Shown here piece by piece: positions 17,594 through 27,995 of a stretch of DNA of 64,000 bases. The stretch is taken from positions 10,413 through 74,412 of the forward strand of contig CAYSJW010000009.1 in NCBI GenBank assembly GCA_964431555.1, in the 5' to 3' direction. Each line of letters begins with the position of its first letter. Position 1 is the first letter of the stretch. This stretch comes from an uncultured Gammaproteobacteria bacterium (GTDB lineage Bacteria; Patescibacteriota; Microgenomatia; UBA8517). The translations under genes and the position numbers were made by a program. Under the pieces are notes generated by a model that saw nothing but the letters and a program-made list of their open reading frames with translations, ran no database searches and had not been told where the DNA came from.

Positions 17594-19156
17594 ATGTCAA
17601 ATAAAAATTTTTACATCACAACCACACTACCTTATGTAAACTCCAAACCTCACATCGGCTTTGCACTGGAAATAGTTCAAGCTGACGTTCTTGCCAGATA
17701 TAAATCGCTTTCAGGTTTTAACGTCTTTTTCAACTTTGGAACCGATGAACATGGACAAAAAATCTACAAAAAAGCTTTAGAGGATGGGAAAGATCCTCAA
17801 ACGTATGTAGATGAATACGCCAAAAAATTTAAGGCCTTAAAAAAAGCACTAAGTTTAACCTACAACAACTTTATAAGAACAACTAATCCTCAACACCAAA
17901 AAGCAGCCCAAGAATTATGGAAAATATGCCTTAAAAATGGTTATATTAAAAAGGGAATTTACAAATCAAAGTATTGTGTAGGTTGTGAATTGGAAAAACA
18001 AGATTCAGAACTAATAAACGGGAGGTGCGCTCTTCACCCCAACTACCCGATAGAACTTATCGAAGAAGAAAATTATTTTTTCAAATTCTCCCAATTCCAA
18101 GACAAATTACTTGCACTTTATAAAAAATTTCCTGACTTTGTCATTCCTCCAAATAGATTAAAGGAAATTAAAAACTTTGTTTCTTCCGGTTTGCAGGACT
18201 TTAGCGTTTCAAGACTTAAGGAAAAGATGCCCTGGGGAATTGAAGTACCAGGAGATGATAAACATGTCATGTACGTCTGGTTTGATGCTTTAACCAACTA
18301 CATTTCAGCATTAGGTTGGCCTCACAATAAAAAAAGGTTTGAGAAATTCTGGGGTACAAATGAAAAACCAAACGCCATTCAAGTAGCAGGAAAGGACAAT
18401 CTAAGACAACAATCAGCAATGTGGCAAGCAATGCTGATGGCAGGAAATTTACCGCCAACAAGACAAATCTTTATACATGGATTTATCACTTCAAAAGGAG
18501 AAAAAATGAGCAAAAGTCTTGGCAACGTTATTGATCCTTTCGAATATGTTCAAAACTACGGAACTGACGCGCTAAGGTATTTTTTGTTAGCAAAAATAAG
18601 CCCCACAGAAGACAGCGATTTTACCAAAGAAAGATTTGAAAAAACTTATAACGCAGACTTGGCAAATGGCTTGGGAAACCTAGTCTCAAGAATTCTAAAA
18701 CTGGTAGAATTGTACTGCGAGGGCAAAGTTCCTCCGGTAGACTCGACAAATCTTAACCCTTTAAAAAAGAATAATAAAATCCACAATATCAGTAAAACTT
18801 GGGAGGATATTAATAACTTTTTACCCCAATTCAGATTCGATGAAGCTTTAAACTCAATCTGGAAGCTTATCAAAGAAATTGACATTTACATAAATGAAAA
18901 CAAACCTTGGGAGTTAGCCAATAAAGATGGTAGGAAATTTAACTTAATAGTCTTTAACCTTTTGCAATCACTCCATCAAATAGCATGGCAAATTTATCCT
19001 TTTTTACCAAACACTTCGAAAAAGATCGCACAAATATTAAATATTAAGGAATTACTTCAAAAAAAACCCAACTACAAAGAAAGTGTTGTAATAATAGTTC
19101 CGGGTACACCAATCTCACCCCCTAAAACTCTTTTCCCCCGTCTTGTTGTAAAATAA
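17594..19156 (+). CDS. metG: Methionyl-tRNA synthetase (class I, core enzyme without C-terminal tRNA-binding appendix)
   Basis: HIGH-type motif PYVNSKPHIGFALE, KMSKS motif KMSKSLGN, Zn-knuckle Cys (CVGCE…C), anticodon-binding helical domain. Confidence 0.9.
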   Translation: MSNKNFYITTTLPYVNSKPHIGFALEIVQADVLARYKSLSGFNVFFNFGTDEHGQKIYKKALEDGKDPQTYVDEYAKKFKALKKALSLTYNNFIRTTNPQHQKAAQELWKICLKNGYIKKGIYKSKYCVGCELEKQDSELINGRCALHPNYPIELIEEENYFFKFSQFQDKLLALYKKFPDFVIPPNRLKEIKNFVSSGLQDFSVSRLKEKMPWGIEVPGDDKHVMYVWFDALTNYISALGWPHNKKRFEKFWGTNEKPNAIQVAGKDNLRQQSAMWQAMLMAGNLPPTRQIFIHGFITSKGEKMSKSLGNVIDPFEYVQNYGTDALRYFLLAKISPTEDSDFTKERFEKTYNADLANGLGNLVSRILKLVELYCEGKVPPVDSTNLNPLKKNNKIHNISKTWEDINNFLPQFRFDEALNSIWKLIKEIDIYINENKPWELANKDGRKFNLIVFNLLQSLHQIAWQIYPFLPNTSKKIAQILNIKELLQKKPNYKESVVIIVPGTPISPPKTLFPRLVVK

Positions 19157-19176
19157 AATCTAACCTCTCACGATTT

Positions 19177-20670
19177 ATGATCGAGAAATTTATAGTTAAT
19201 CACGAAAGAGGTGTTCAAAGAGCGCTTGAAATCTTACCGGGTTTTTTTTCTTGGAACTTAATACTATTTCCTTACTGGGGAATTTTCCTAGTACCCAATT
19301 TAGTTGCCTATTTTGTGCTCGCCTTTAACATCTATTGGTTTTATCAATCTCTAACTGTTGCTTTATCCTCAATTATCTCTCACATTCGCATACAAGCTTC
19401 AATAAAATATGACTGGATTTCAGATTTAAAATCCTTTCCCGATTGGAAAAGGGTTCATCATGTGGTAATTATTACTACCTACAAAGAACCTCTTTATATT
19501 CTTGAAAGAACCATCAGATCTTTAGCAAATCAAACTTTACCAAAAGATCAAATCAGTGTATGTCTTGCAACAGAAGCGGCCGAACCGGAAGAAGAAAGAA
19601 AAAATAAAGTTAGATTATTAAAAGAAAAATTCGGAAAAATATTTAAGAATTTCATTGTAACAGTTCACACCCTCAAGCCTGGGGAAGTAAAAGGTAAAGC
19701 ATCTAACGAACGTTTTGCAGCAATTTGGGTAAAAAATTACCTAATAAACAAAAAAAGAGAAAACATAAACTACATAACAATAACCAGTTGCGACGCAGAT
19801 CATAAATATCATCCGAACCATTTTGCAGCCCTTACCTTTAAATTTCTTGATTCTCCTGAAAGATACCTACGCTTCTGGCAGGCAGCGGTCATGTTCTACA
19901 ACAACATTTGGGAACTGCCTGCAATAACTCGCGTTCCAAATACTCTCATGTCAATTTGGAACCTTTCACAACTACCCAGAAGAGATAGACTAATTAATGC
20001 TCAAAATTATTCCCTGTCTCTCAAACTTTTAGATGAAATAGGTTATTGGGATCCAGACAAAATTCCAGAGGATTGGGGAATATTCTTCAAAGCTTTTTAT
20101 CAAAAAAATGGAAAGGTTGAAGTAGAGCCAATCTACCTACCCTTATATGCAGACGCTGCACTATCAACCTCATTCTTTAAAACTCTCAAAAACCAATATG
20201 AACAAATAAAAAGATGGGCTTGGGGTGCTAGTGACGATCCTTGGATTATTAAAAATTATTTTTTAACAAAAAATGTTCCGTTTTGGGATAAAACAATGAG
20301 ACTTATTGGAGTCATCTGGGCACATTTTCTATGGCCGGTTAATTGGTTTGTTATCACGCTAGGACTCACTGTCCCCATTATCCTTAACCCAGCTTTTGGA
20401 AGAACAATATTGGGCTATACAATTCCAAAATTTTCATCTTTTATCCTCTCCATAACACTAATTTTCCTGACTTTTATGTTGATTTTAGATAACATCTACA
20501 AACCTAAAAGACCAAAAACTTTTCCTATCTGGCGAGCGGTTATCATTCCTTTAGAGTTTGTTTTAATGCCAATTGCCGGATTCTTATTTTCAGCACTCCC
20601 CGGCCTTGATGCCCATACAAGATTAATGCTTGGCAAATATATAGAATACAGAGTTACAGAAAAAGTTTAA
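19177..20670 (+). CDS. Processive family-2 glycosyltransferase (cellulose/chitin/hyaluronan-synthase-like) with flanking TM helices
   Basis: VIITTYKEP, GKASN (KAGN-like), DxD in TSCDADH, QIKRWAWG (QxxRW). TM helices at both ends. Confidence 0.65.
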   Translation: MIEKFIVNHERGVQRALEILPGFFSWNLILFPYWGIFLVPNLVAYFVLAFNIYWFYQSLTVALSSIISHIRIQASIKYDWISDLKSFPDWKRVHHVVIITTYKEPLYILERTIRSLANQTLPKDQISVCLATEAAEPEEERKNKVRLLKEKFGKIFKNFIVTVHTLKPGEVKGKASNERFAAIWVKNYLINKKRENINYITITSCDADHKYHPNHFAALTFKFLDSPERYLRFWQAAVMFYNNIWELPAITRVPNTLMSIWNLSQLPRRDRLINAQNYSLSLKLLDEIGYWDPDKIPEDWGIFFKAFYQKNGKVEVEPIYLPLYADAALSTSFFKTLKNQYEQIKRWAWGASDDPWIIKNYFLTKNVPFWDKTMRLIGVIWAHFLWPVNWFVITLGLTVPIILNPAFGRTILGYTIPKFSSFILSITLIFLTFMLILDNIYKPKRPKTFPIWRAVIIPLEFVLMPIAGFLFSALPGLDAHTRLMLGKYIEYRVTEKV

Positions 20671-20966
20671 TTTTTTAAAATAGTTATCATTAATACATTT
20701 TGTAATTGCCAAGATAAAAAATTAATAAAGTTTAAATAATTATTCTTTAAAAAAAACAATAAATTTTTAATCTGTCCCCTATTAAAGATGAAAATCCTAT
20801 AGTTTATAGCCATTTTATACGCCAAACTCCAGTTTCTTTTTTCACAGTTATCCACATTTTTTTAAATCAATGTGCAGATGTGAAAATTAGTAATTTATCA
20901 GTAGGAAGAAATTTAAAAATTCATATGTTTTTATACAATTTCGCTTTCTATTATCCAACTACTTAT

Positions 20967-21647
20967 TTAAAAATCGTAAAGCAATGGTTGATCTTCGTAA
21001 TAAATAGTCGATATCTCCTTAATGGCTTTAAAATCATTTATGGTAATTAACTTCTTGTCTACCAATATTAAATCTTTATCTTTGAGTTTTTTAAGCTCAA
21101 TGCTAGCAGTTTCTCTTGATACACCCGAAAGATTTGCAATATCACTATGCGTCTGCGGAATAGGAATTTGAATTCTATTTTCACCTACCGTCTTACCAAA
21201 TCTCCTAGCCAGTAAAACTAAAGAGGATGCCACCTTTTGAGTTGAGTTAGAACGAATCAAATATTGAGTTCTTATCATAAAACCCTCCAGACCAGAACTC
21301 ACTCTTTTTGCAAAGTCAAATAAAACATCTTTATTATTTTTGATAAATTCGTGAACTTTATGAGTAGGAGCTTTTGCAACAACAATATCAGTTACCGCTT
21401 GAAAATAGTAACTATTTGTTTTATCTGCAAGAGTCTCGGTTATCGGAATTAAATTATAAGGTTTATAAATATTAATAGTCAGCTCTAGTCAATTATCATT
21501 TAAAGAGTAAGATTTGATATATCCTGAATAAAGATTGTAAATATAGGCAAGAGGCTCTTCTGGCTTTATTAAAATCCAACTTTTGGGATATTTAAGCTTG
21601 GGATATTGCGAATAAAAATTATCTATTTTTTCCTGAACCAAATCCAT
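20967..21647 (-). pseudogene. Crp/Fnr-family transcriptional regulator interrupted by a single in-frame TGA (minus-strand codon 53, + coords 21489-21491) at a conserved Gly position
   Basis: ATG at 21647 gives MDLVQEKIDNFYSQYPKLKYPKSWILIKPEEPLAYIYNLYSGYIKSYSLNDN-TGA-LELTINIYKPYNLIPITE… (cNMP-binding beta-roll). This continues in the same frame into the ORF-track 111-aa ORF, which carries the Crp-type HTH (RETASIELKKLKDKDLI). Confidence 0.5.
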
Positions 21648-21650
21648 AAT

Positions 21651-21669
21651 TTGACACTAATTGTATCAA
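21651..21669. promoter_or_regulatory. Imperfect dyad TTGACACTAATTGTATCAA immediately upstream of the crp-like gene start (candidate Crp/Fnr-family operator)
   Basis: 7 of 9 symmetric positions (TTGA.C.A…T.G.TCAA). Lies in the divergent intergenic region between the crp-like gene and the fasciclin gene. Confidence 0.25.
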
Positions 21670-21744
21670 AACTTTGTAATCTAGCTCACTGAAATCGAAT
21701 ATTAATTAATATTATCATCTTGCTATTAGAAAGGGGGTGAAAAA

Positions 21745-22320
21745 ATGAGGCAATATTTAATTACTACCCTAATAGCAGTCATACTAGTTGGATTCGCTAT
21801 TTTCTATACGAAAGGCGTAAATTTCAACAATAATATGACTTACGAAAACGGTCTAAGAAGTCAAACAATTTCAAAAACCGAAATTAATAAAGTGCCTAAA
21901 GAAGATATGAATCAAAAACAAAATATAGTTGAAATAGCATCTTCAGATGAAAAATTTTCAACATTAGTTTCAGCAATAAAAGCTGCTGGATTGGTTGAAA
22001 TTCTTTCGTCAGAAGGACCATTTACTGTCTTTGCTCCAACCAATGAAGCATTCGCTAAACTTTCCAAAGAAACCTCAGACGCCGTCTTAGCCGATAAAAA
22101 ACAGCTAAAAAACATACTTATATACCACGTAGTTTCTGGAAAGGTTATGGCGAAAGATGTTGCAAAACTTGATTTGGCAAAGACTTTGCAAGGTGGAAGT
22201 TTAAAAATTAAAGTTACAGATGAAAACGTGATGGTGGACAATGCAAAAGTTATTAAAGCTGACATTGAAGCTGAAAACGGAGTAATTCATATAATTGATA
22301 CAGTCTTGATACCAAACTGA
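21745..22320 (+). CDS. Fasciclin (FAS1) domain protein, membrane-anchored/secreted
   Basis: N-terminal TM/signal. FAS1 motifs [14 protein letters not shown] and …HIIDTVLIP. Good SD (AAAGGGGGTG) upstream. Confidence 0.75.
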   Translation: MRQYLITTLIAVILVGFAIFYTKGVNFNNNMTYENGLRSQTISKTEINKVPKEDMNQKQNIVEIASSDEKFSTLVSAIKAAGLVEILSSEGPFTVFAPTNEAFAKLSKETSDAVLADKKQLKNILIYHVVSGKVMAKDVAKLDLAKTLQGGSLKIKVTDENVMVDNAKVIKADIEAENGVIHIIDTVLIPN

Positions 22321-22386
22321 TACCAAAGCAATTATACAAAGAAGAATAAATAAGCCGGCTAAAAAGCCTGCTTATTTATTAGATCA

Positions 22387-22890
22387 CTAAATTTTCCTTG
22401 AATCATAAGCCCAGTGCAACAATGCTTGTCGCTGGCGACGCCTGCAGTTTAAATCCCCAGTTTTGCAGTGTTTCTTTATCTGAGCAATATGACGTTTCAT
22501 CATCTTCCAACGTTTTATCTGCCTTTGATCATCCAAACTTCTCCTACCCATATAATATCTGCAGTACCATTGAAACCAACCCCTCGGATCTTGCGGATTT
22601 ATCCATCCCTTTTTTTGCCAGACTGACAACGGCTGGCTTGCATCCACTCCGAAAAAATTAAGTTTTGGGTTTTTCTTTGCAGGAGACAATTTCGCTTTTT
22701 CGAACCAATTTTTAGGAAACTCTTTCCTACAATCCGTTATATACTTTCCACCAAAAACACCAAGCTCAAGCATTTGTTTGGGAGTTAATTCAGGTTTAAA
22801 TTCCGGATCAAAATTCTTGCCGACAGGTTCAGTCAAGTGATACTTGTAATTCTTTTGCATTTTATCATTAACAACAACTATTTTATTCAT
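22387..22890 (-). CDS. Conserved hypothetical protein, Trp-rich core (GVFGGKY…WQKKGWINPQDPRGWFQWY) and Arg/Lys-rich C-terminus
   Basis: ORF track 22387..22905. Start probably at the second Met (22890) to avoid overlap with the upstream gene. No confident family assignment. Confidence 0.4.
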   Translation of the reverse strand: MNKIVVVNDKMQKNYKYHLTEPVGKNFDPEFKPELTPKQMLELGVFGGKYITDCRKEFPKNWFEKAKLSPAKKNPKLNFFGVDASQPLSVWQKKGWINPQDPRGWFQWYCRYYMGRRSLDDQRQIKRWKMMKRHIAQIKKHCKTGDLNCRRRQRQALLHWAYDSRKI

Positions 22891-22894
22891 GAAG

Positions 22895-23647
22895 TTAATA
22901 CACAAAAGGAATTAATCTGGCAGTTTTCTTCTTATACCTTTGATATCTTTTATCACTCCCCCATTTTTTATCAGCCTTTTCCTCAAGTTTTGGAATCCCA
23001 CTTACAAAAAGTAAAAGCGCAGTAATAAAAAGTGGACTTAATAACCCTACCACTTTATAAGTATTAGGAAGTGAACTATAAACGTATAAATAAATTCCAA
23101 ACCAACACAAAATCTCTCCTAAATAATTCGGATGACGAGAATATTTCCAAAGTCCAATATCAATCCATCTATCTTTGTTACGAGGATCATTTTTAAAGGA
23201 AAACTTCTGATAATCCGCTAGTCCCTCAATTAACAAACCAATAAACCAAATTCCAAAACCCCAAAAGCTAAAGTGTCTAAAATTAGTCTCTGTCTGAAAA
23301 TAAAATAAAGTCGGAAGAAGAATCACAAAAACACTTACTCCCTGCAAAATCCAAAAACTCAAGAATTTAACAAAATCCGGTCTTATTTCATCAAAACGAT
23401 CATCTTTTTTCGTTTTATTTATTCGAATAAACAAGTACACTCCAAGTCTTATTCCCCAAACAGAAATCATTATAAGAAGAAGCAATTTGGGATACACCAT
23501 ATCGCTTTGTAAAAATGCGATCAGGGTAAGAAGAACAAAGGTTAAACTATAAGACAAATCTGTAAGTTTATCTGTTTTAAATTTGAATGCCGGTATAAAA
23601 AGAAAAAATTGTATGGCTAAACTGATTAATAACAAATTGACAATCAT
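22895..23647 (-). CDS. Polytopic membrane protein of the ICMT/DUF1295/steroid-5alpha-reductase-like superfamily
   Basis: Motif WKYSRHPNYLGEILCWFGIYL (RHPNYxGE signature) with 6-7 TM helices. Confidence 0.55.
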   Translation of the reverse strand: MIVNLLLISLAIQFFLFIPAFKFKTDKLTDLSYSLTFVLLTLIAFLQSDMVYPKLLLLIMISVWGIRLGVYLFIRINKTKKDDRFDEIRPDFVKFLSFWILQGVSVFVILLPTLFYFQTETNFRHFSFWGFGIWFIGLLIEGLADYQKFSFKNDPRNKDRWIDIGLWKYSRHPNYLGEILCWFGIYLYVYSSLPNTYKVVGLLSPLFITALLLFVSGIPKLEEKADKKWGSDKRYQRYKKKTARLIPFVY

Positions 23648-23808
23648 ACCTAATTACCTCCCTTTGACTTTCTCTTTTTTTCAAAGTCATTTTCGACAAT
23701 TACTAATGAATTCAAAAATTCATGTTATTTCTCTTTTGAGAATAGCCGCAAAATAAACACGAACATATAAGCTTTTTTTCGTATTCAAATAGTACCTTTA
23801 TATATAGT

Positions 23809-24543
23809 TTAATTTATTTGCAGATCATACAATTCCTGAATCTGAATCTTTCTCCTAATTTGCTCCTGCTCTATTTTTTCCTGTTGTTTTCTTGCCTTAG
23901 ATATCTGTCTTGAAGGATTTATTGCAACTAAGATTATTGTTGCTAAAATTCCCAAAATAGCTATTGTTGGTAAAATAAAGGCCAAAACATAAGCCAATAT
24001 CTTTTTTTCTCTGCCCATCTCCTGTTTTTGAACAACATAAGTTCCCGCTATTTTATCATGCCATGCCTGTTTTTCCCTATCCCAAATAACCCAAAGGTAA
24101 CCTAAAGAAAACACAAAGGATGATATTATTTTTCCAAAAAACTCTCTGATTATCGCCTTAGCATAGCCAATATTACCTCCTTCTTTTGAAACCACTTTTA
24201 AGTAAAAGAAGTTTTTGCCTATCGTTGTCTGATAATTGGCGATTGCCACCACCGAATAGGTCACAAATATCAATCCAGAAATCGCATCTCTTACCTCTTT
24301 ACCTGATTTATAAAAAGGGATACTTATAATTAGAATTGGAATTGCCAAAATTAATCCATCCAGTACACTTGCCGCCCATCTTACAACAAATCCTGCCTTG
24401 GGAAGCTCACTCTCGGGGAAATCAGTATTTTTATTTAATTCACCTTTTGATGATTTTGTAACCTCTTGATTTTCAGTAGTTAAAACCGAAGATAAAGGTT
24501 GAATAGCTTCTTTCAATGATTGTCTAACATCGCTTTTCTCCAT
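23809..24543 (-). CDS. RDD-family membrane protein
   Basis: FVVRWAASVLDGLI…WDREKQAWHDKIAGTYVV gives the R…D…D signature with 3 TM. Confidence 0.6.
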   Translation of the reverse strand: MEKSDVRQSLKEAIQPLSSVLTTENQEVTKSSKGELNKNTDFPESELPKAGFVVRWAASVLDGLILAIPILIISIPFYKSGKEVRDAISGLIFVTYSVVAIANYQTTIGKNFFYLKVVSKEGGNIGYAKAIIREFFGKIISSFVFSLGYLWVIWDREKQAWHDKIAGTYVVQKQEMGREKKILAYVLAFILPTIAILGILATIILVAINPSRQISKARKQQEKIEQEQIRRKIQIQELYDLQIN

Positions 24544-24665
24544 TTGATTAATTTAAACACTCCCAAGTTAAAAAGGCAACCAATTTCTGTTAAACTGAAA
24601 AATAGATGACTTAGTAACTTTTTCAAGTATATTCAATAATAATTAAAAACAACTCCAACCAAAAT

Positions 24666-26036
24666 ATGGTCGAAAATGTATTTAATCAAAGTATCTGGGG
24701 AGATGAGGGATTCAGTGCAATTCTTTCGATGAAACCTCTCCCTGAAATAATAAAAATAATTTCAAAAGATACATCACCTCCTCTATGGAACCTAACAGAA
24801 TGGTTAGTTTTTAAAACACTTGGCACAGACGAAATATATATACGCGGATTGTCGCTCTTTTTTTTCTTTGGAGCAGCAATCTTTACATATAAAATAGGGT
24901 CTTTTTGCTGGTCCAGAAAAACCGGCTTTTGGGCCTTAATATTGACCATTTTAAATCCCTTTTTCTTTATATATGCTTTTGAAGGACGAATGTATTCTAT
25001 AATGGCTTTGGGAGTTACCGCATCAAATTACTTTTTCCTTAGGATCTTTTATAACGAAGAAAAAGTTCGTCAAAGAGATAAAATCGGCTATTTTTTCTTT
25101 ACTCTCTGGGCACTTTATTCTCATCACTTTGCTATCTTCAACATCTTTATTCAAATACTTTGGTGGTTTTACGAATTAATCTTCGGAAAAAGAAATAGAG
25201 CGAAAAAAATGTTTAAATTATTTCTAATTACAGGACTAGGTTACACTCCGTGGCTAATTCCCCTTTACAACCAAACTAAGATGGTAAGTGGAGGATTTTG
25301 GCTGGGAAAACCAAATTCCAATGACCTTATCAACTTAATTTTTGACTATCTTGCCTGCGGAATTAAAAACACCAATCTTAAAATACCCATCCTAAACAAA
25401 CCCTTATACGAGATCGGCTTGTATCTGGTTTTTGCCACACTCATTCTTAGAAAATGGTGGAAAAATTTCAAAAAAACATTGTTCCAAATTTTGTGTTTTC
25501 TAGGACCAATAATTTTAACTTGGCTAATTTCTCAGAATTTTCAATCTATCTTTTTTAACAGATACCTTCTCTATACAATCCCATCAGCGATGATTATACT
25601 AGCCTCATCAAGAAGTAAGATTTCGATAGTTCCACTTTCGACTTTGGTTATACTTTTTGGAATAATTGACTATAACTACTTCACTCACCCCCAAAAATTG
25701 CCATTCAGACAGTACTCAGAGTACGTAAAGAGCCAATTAAAAGAGGGGGATTTCCTGATCAATTGGAATTCATCCTCTCATCATCTTTGGGAAACAAAAT
25801 ATTACGGAATTCCTGCACCGATATATATACCTCCTCATGGAGGGGAATTACCATTTTTTGTAGGAACTGCACTTATGGAAAAAGAAGATATTATTAGAGA
25901 AATTCCTAAAGACATAAAAAGACTTGGCGTAATCACAAGTGGACCAATTGAAGAGATTGTCCTTACAGACTATACTCAAATTAGTCTAAAAGAATTTAAA
26001 AACCTTAAATTTATCCTTTATGAAAAAAGTAAATAG
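24666..26036 (+). CDS. GT-C fold membrane glycosyltransferase (ArnT/PMT_2-like)
   Basis: N-terminal DE motif (IWGDEGFS) in the first loop. More than 10 TM. C-terminal soluble domain. Confidence 0.5.
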   Translation: MVENVFNQSIWGDEGFSAILSMKPLPEIIKIISKDTSPPLWNLTEWLVFKTLGTDEIYIRGLSLFFFFGAAIFTYKIGSFCWSRKTGFWALILTILNPFFFIYAFEGRMYSIMALGVTASNYFFLRIFYNEEKVRQRDKIGYFFFTLWALYSHHFAIFNIFIQILWWFYELIFGKRNRAKKMFKLFLITGLGYTPWLIPLYNQTKMVSGGFWLGKPNSNDLINLIFDYLACGIKNTNLKIPILNKPLYEIGLYLVFATLILRKWWKNFKKTLFQILCFLGPIILTWLISQNFQSIFFNRYLLYTIPSAMIILASSRSKISIVPLSTLVILFGIIDYNYFTHPQKLPFRQYSEYVKSQLKEGDFLINWNSSSHHLWETKYYGIPAPIYIPPHGGELPFFVGTALMEKEDIIREIPKDIKRLGVITSGPIEEIVLTDYTQISLKEFKNLKFILYEKSK

Positions 26037-27528
26037 ATTAACAAAAAAATTACACGCACCAAATTGGCTCTTATTACTCTTAGCAATAGTATTTATCTTA
26101 AGAATTCCTTCTTTTTTTGAACCATATTCATACGGAGACGAAATGATATACCTAATTTTGGGCAACGCGATTAGAATGGGAATTCCCTTATATTCAGGTA
26201 TTCACGATAATAAACCACCTCTTCTTTATATAATGGCTGCAATAGCTGGAAATCTTTTCTGGTTTAAGGCTATTCTGACTTTTTGGCTGATTATCACCAT
26301 TTATATCTTCTCTAGACTAATAAAAATTCTTTTTCCAAAAGGAAAAATTTCCCATATAATAGGAGTTTCCTTATTCGCACTCCTTGTTACCATCCCTCTT
26401 TTGGAAGGAAATATTATAAATGCCGAGCTATTTATGATAGGTCCAACAATTTTAGCTTTCTTTATCCTTCTTAAAAGAAATCCCAAACCCAAAACTCTTC
26501 TTTTTTCTGGATTTCTTTTTTCTCTATCAACGTTGTTTAAAATACCTGCCATTTTTGATATACCAGCCATTATTTTTCTCTGGATAGCAACAAAACCAGA
26601 CAAAAAAGGTGAATTTAAAACCGTAGTAAAAAATACTTTTCTTCTTTTTATCGGCTTTATCTTGCCTATCCTAGCCTCAATATTATGGTTTTACACAAGG
26701 GGAAGTTTAAAGGAATATATAACAGCAGCATTCTTACAAAATATCGGTTATCTTTCTTCCTGGAGACCCGGAGATGTAAAAGATCCTTTTTTTATCAAAA
26801 ATTTACCTTTAATTATCAGGGGATTAATTGTTTTTCTGGGATTAGCAATTCTTTATCTTAAAAGAAAATTCCTTTCCAAAAATTTTATCCTTGCAACCTC
26901 TTGGCTTTTCTTATCTCTTTTTGCCGCAACTCTTTCAGAAAGACCTTATCCCCATTATCTTATCCAGTCAGTTGCACCTTTATCCATTTTATTCACAATA
27001 CTTTTTAGTCAAAAATCCATAGAACAAGTTCTAACTATAATCCCTTTAACCATCTTTACCATCGTCCCTTTTTATTATCACTTCTGGTATTACAAAACCA
27101 TTCCTTATTATGAAAAATTCATTAAATTTTCAAAGGGTGAATTATCAAAAGAGGAGTATTTTCTTACCTTTGGGGAAGATGTTCTAAGAAACTATAAAAT
27201 TTCCGAATTTATTGTCTCTTCAACAAGAGAAAGTGAAAAAATATTCGTCTGGGGCAGTAACAATTCAACGATTTACGCGCTAAGCAAAAGGCTTCCTCCA
27301 GGAAAATATTTTGCAGATTACCACATAAAGGATTTCTCAAACGACTCAGAAACCACACAAACCCTGCAAAAGGATTTACCTTCCTTTATTGTTATTTTAC
27401 CTAACGCTCCCGAAATATCAGGACTACAAAACCTCTTATTATTAAATTATGGCCTCGTTGAAGAAATAGATAAAGCTAAAATCTGGAAACTTCTAAGTCC
27501 CAAGATAAGATCACTTATTTCCTTTTAA
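26020..27528 (+). CDS. GT-C fold membrane glycosyltransferase (ArnT-like)
   Basis: YGDEMIYLILGNAIRMG (Dex motif), polytopic, C-terminal periplasmic-type domain. Overlaps the upstream gene by 17 nt. Confidence 0.5.
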   Translation: MKKVNRLTKKLHAPNWLLLLLAIVFILRIPSFFEPYSYGDEMIYLILGNAIRMGIPLYSGIHDNKPPLLYIMAAIAGNLFWFKAILTFWLIITIYIFSRLIKILFPKGKISHIIGVSLFALLVTIPLLEGNIINAELFMIGPTILAFFILLKRNPKPKTLLFSGFLFSLSTLFKIPAIFDIPAIIFLWIATKPDKKGEFKTVVKNTFLLFIGFILPILASILWFYTRGSLKEYITAAFLQNIGYLSSWRPGDVKDPFFIKNLPLIIRGLIVFLGLAILYLKRKFLSKNFILATSWLFLSLFAATLSERPYPHYLIQSVAPLSILFTILFSQKSIEQVLTIIPLTIFTIVPFYYHFWYYKTIPYYEKFIKFSKGELSKEEYFLTFGEDVLRNYKISEFIVSSTRESEKIFVWGSNNSTIYALSKRLPPGKYFADYHIKDFSNDSETTQTLQKDLPSFIVILPNAPEISGLQNLLLLNYGLVEEIDKAKIWKLLSPKIRSLISF

Positions 27529-27601
27529 TCAATCCTCAAAAAATCAAAAAAACTATAAAATCAGAGAAAATAGTTATAAAATTGTTAAACTGGCAAAGAA
27601 C

Positions 27602-27994
27602 ATGATTAAAGGTAAAACAATAAGAATTAACAACTCCATTTCTACACCTTATAAATCTAAATTTTTGGAAAATATAGCACTGAAGAAAACAGTATACGCT
27701 GCAATATCTTTGTGTCTTCTAAATATTCTTTTTGTTATAATCTCACAAAACAACCTTCCACCAGAAGTTCCTCTCTTTTACGGATTTAGTGAGGGAGAGA
27801 AACAGTTAAGCCAAAAGTGGGGACTTTTAATCCCCGGGGCAATATCTCTGATAATAATACTATTTAATCTAATCCTCTCTGCCATGATAAAAAATAAATT
27901 TTTGAAAGAGACATTAAGTATGACTTCTTTTGTAGTTAGCTTCCTTTTCTTGATAACAGTTTTTAAAATAGTTCTTTTGGTCGGTTTTTTCTGA
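27602..27994 (+). CDS. Small membrane protein (3-4 TM), hypothetical
   Basis: ORF track. Hydrophobic helices. Located within the glycosylation cluster. Confidence 0.35.
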   Translation: MIKGKTIRINNSISTPYKSKFLENIALKKTVYAAISLCLLNILFVIISQNNLPPEVPLFYGFSEGEKQLSQKWGLLIPGAISLIIILFNLILSAMIKNKFLKETLSMTSFVVSFLFLITVFKIVLLVGFF

Positions 27995-27995
27995 A

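Noticed and set aside
20848-20856. Perfect DnaA box TTATCCACA in the GT2 / crp-like intergenic region
   Set aside because: A single 9-mer match is expected about 0.5 times by chance in 64 kb on two strands. No accompanying boxes or AT-rich DUE, and the true origin is well supported at dnaA-dnaN.
23700-23745. Palindrome ATGAAT-TCAAAA-ATTCAT between the RDD and ICMT-like genes
   Set aside because: Short 6-bp stem in AT-rich spacer, no adjacent T-tract. Could be a weak terminator or operator, but the evidence is too thin to call.
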